A DNA stretch of 64,000 nt from an uncultured Rivularia sp. (GTDB lineage Bacteria > Cyanobacteriota > Cyanobacteriia > Cyanobacteriales > Nostocaceae): NCBI GenBank assembly GCA_963665115.1, contig OY762007.1, forward strand, positions 3,136,001-3,200,000, given 5' to 3'. A model generated the notes under the pieces. That model did no database searches, was not told the origin of the DNA, and worked only from the letters and a program-made list of their open reading frames with translations. The stretch's first letter is position 1. Each line of letters opens with the position of its first letter. Of this stretch, positions 62,331 through 64,000 are shown piece by piece. Made by a program: the position numbers and the translations under genes.

Positions 62331-64000
62331 CTAAACATCCTCCCCATCTCCAATATCTCGCTTCGGTGGACGTTTGTAGGTAAAGGTAAAAGTATCGCCA
62401 CTAGTAATTACTCGCCGCATTTCATCATACATCGGATAATTCCCTACACCGCTAAGACTTGCCCAACCACGCGCTCTAGTTAAAGCAACAAACAATTGGT
62501 TACGATGATTCATATCATTCTCGTTACGAGCGACTTTATCAAAGCCAACTACATAAACCATATCGGCTTCATGTCCTTTAGCACGGTTGATACGAGACAC
62601 TGTAACGCCATTGTCATGCCAGAATTTATCGGGGTCATTATTGGGATATTCTGGATACAAATCGTTTAATATTTGAGCAGTAGGAATGTAAACGTCAATA
62701 TTTTGGTCAATTAAAAAATCAGCAGCTTCTCGTTCTAGCTCTATCGCTTCAGAGTTAGAGCCTAAAACAACTACTAAAATATCGCGACTGGGATTAAGAC
62801 CATCATTAACAATATTGTGCATGATGTTCTCGGACAAAGCCGTTAATTCTTCCTCACGAGAATTATAGGTTTTAAATTCGAGTACGGGTTCTCCCCAAAG
62901 TTCGGGTATTGGGTTGGGAGAAAATTGTGGCGATCGCACTATAGTAATTGGCTTACCAACTTTGCGAAAATCGCCTTGGACTTCGTATCCAATTCTGTCC
63001 CAATCCTTTTTGTTGGTAATACCGGAAAGCATTCCCTCACCACGTAGCAAACCCATACCAATAGCGTGGGCTGCGGTGAGAATTGGTCCCGGAGTCCGGT
63101 AACAGTGGCGCATCACTTCCGAACGTTTGATACCACCGGGGTATTGTGGCTGTTTGTTGAGAAGATTGCTTAATTTTTCACCAAATACTTCTTTAGCTTT
63201 GGGTACGACTAAACTATCAAGACTTTGTGCTTCATCGTAAGCCCAGATTAAACGCTTTTCTTCAGGTGTTTCTTCGCTTGCAGGTCGTAAAGCTTGATAA
63301 GCTAACCAGTAAATTGCTTGTTTGTCTTGATATTTCAAATTCTCATCAGCAACCAAATCTTGACCTTCATCAATCAAGATAGCGTCAAACATCGGTTCAA
63401 CTGTAATCTCTTCCTGCAACCGCTTGCATAACTCAGCTAAACCTCGATTTGGTTGTCCTTGGTTAGTATCTACAACCGTTCCGCGTCTTTTGCCGTGGTA
63501 TTCGCAAATTGTTCCATATAAGCCGGGTTGCTCTTTCGCACCCCAAGCATGAAGCACGCGCAATTTTAAATTAGTTTTGGGGTCATAATGTAAATCTCCA
63601 CCGCTAAAACGACGCATCCACTGGTCTAATAAACCAATCATTAAGTCATATAAAGAGCGAGTGAAAAACACTAAAGCAATATCCCAATCGGGATGCTTCA
63701 AATGCATATGCGCCGCTTTCTGACACAGCAATACAGTTTTACCAGAACCAGCAATACCGCGAATACGTTGAGGTCCGGGGGGAATTTCTTTACCAATATG
63801 TTCTTGCTGTAAATCGATTTCATATAGCTTTTGACGCAAAGCATCCATGACGCTAGCGCGGGTTTTACCACTAACAGCAATATCGCGCTGAGGTTTGCGA
63901 AGTACGGGAGTTCCACCAATTACCGAGAGTAGTAATTCCCAATCTTTATCCTCTAAATTTTCTCCTGGAACTAGAGGAGACGTTTGTTGAATGCGTTCGA
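62331..64000 (-). CDS. Superfamily I DNA/RNA helicase (UvrD-like C-terminus); 5' end off the window
   Basis: GIAGSGKT, LIDEGQD, YDEAQ, CYRTP, RAKGHEAD, LFVALTRAR; frame stays open from 63848 to the window end. Confidence 0.9.
   Translation of the reverse strand, partial: ERIQQTSPLVPGENLEDKDWELLLSVIGGTPVLRKPQRDIAVSGKTRASVMDALRQKLYEIDLQQEHIGKEIPPGPQRIRGIAGSGKTVLLCQKAAHMHLKHPDWDIALVFFTRSLYDLMIGLLDQWMRRFSGGDLHYDPKTNLKLRVLHAWGAKEQPGLYGTICEYHGKRRGTVVDTNQGQPNRGLAELCKRLQEEITVEPMFDAILIDEGQDLVADENLKYQDKQAIYWLAYQALRPASEETPEEKRLIWAYDEAQSLDSLVVPKAKEVFGEKLSNLLNKQPQYPGGIKRSEVMRHCYRTPGPILTAAHAIGMGLLRGEGMLSGITNKKDWDRIGYEVQGDFRKVGKPITIVRSPQFSPNPIPELWGEPVLEFKTYNSREEELTALSENIMHNIVNDGLNPSRDILVVVLGSNSEAIELEREAADFLIDQNIDVYIPTAQILNDLYPEYPNNDPDKFWHDNGVTVSRINRAKGHEADMVYVVGFDKVARNENDMNHRNQLFVALTRARGWASLSGVGNYPMYDEMRRVITSGDTFTFTYKRPPKRDIGDGEDV

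Overview
Low-GC DNA from a filamentous cyanobacterium, probably Nostocales (inferred from about 20 HIP1 GCGATCGC sites counted by eye, heptamer STRR tracts, REP-like palindromes and cyanobacterial gene content). Core blocks: sulfate ABC genes (sbpA-cysT-cysW); a NarL/Rre1-like regulator divergent from groES-groEL with K-box and CIRCE; rpmF; rnj-dapA-asd; tig-clpP-clpX; plmA; an S1 protein. An accessory stretch (~10-35.5 kb) carries SMI1/KNR4 proteins, an MNT-HEPN toxin-antitoxin pair, a probable reverse-transcriptase relic, TetR/PadR modules, an RND pump, a P450, methyltransferases and Uma2 nucleases. Two TnpA-less TnpB elements each carry a small divergent ribbon-helix-helix gene, and one splits an XRE gene. 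The best candidate system is at the left edge and is missing from the ORF track: an NB-ARC/TPR NLR whose N-terminus (NFQGINVQSGNNKIEGNTF) matches the C-terminus of the small helical protein just upstream (NWQGINIKGGNNTISNNTF, 12/19 identical). This is the layout of an NLR amyloid-signalling cell-death/defence pair. At least eight ORFs are broken by single +1 homopolymer extensions, most likely sequencing errors.
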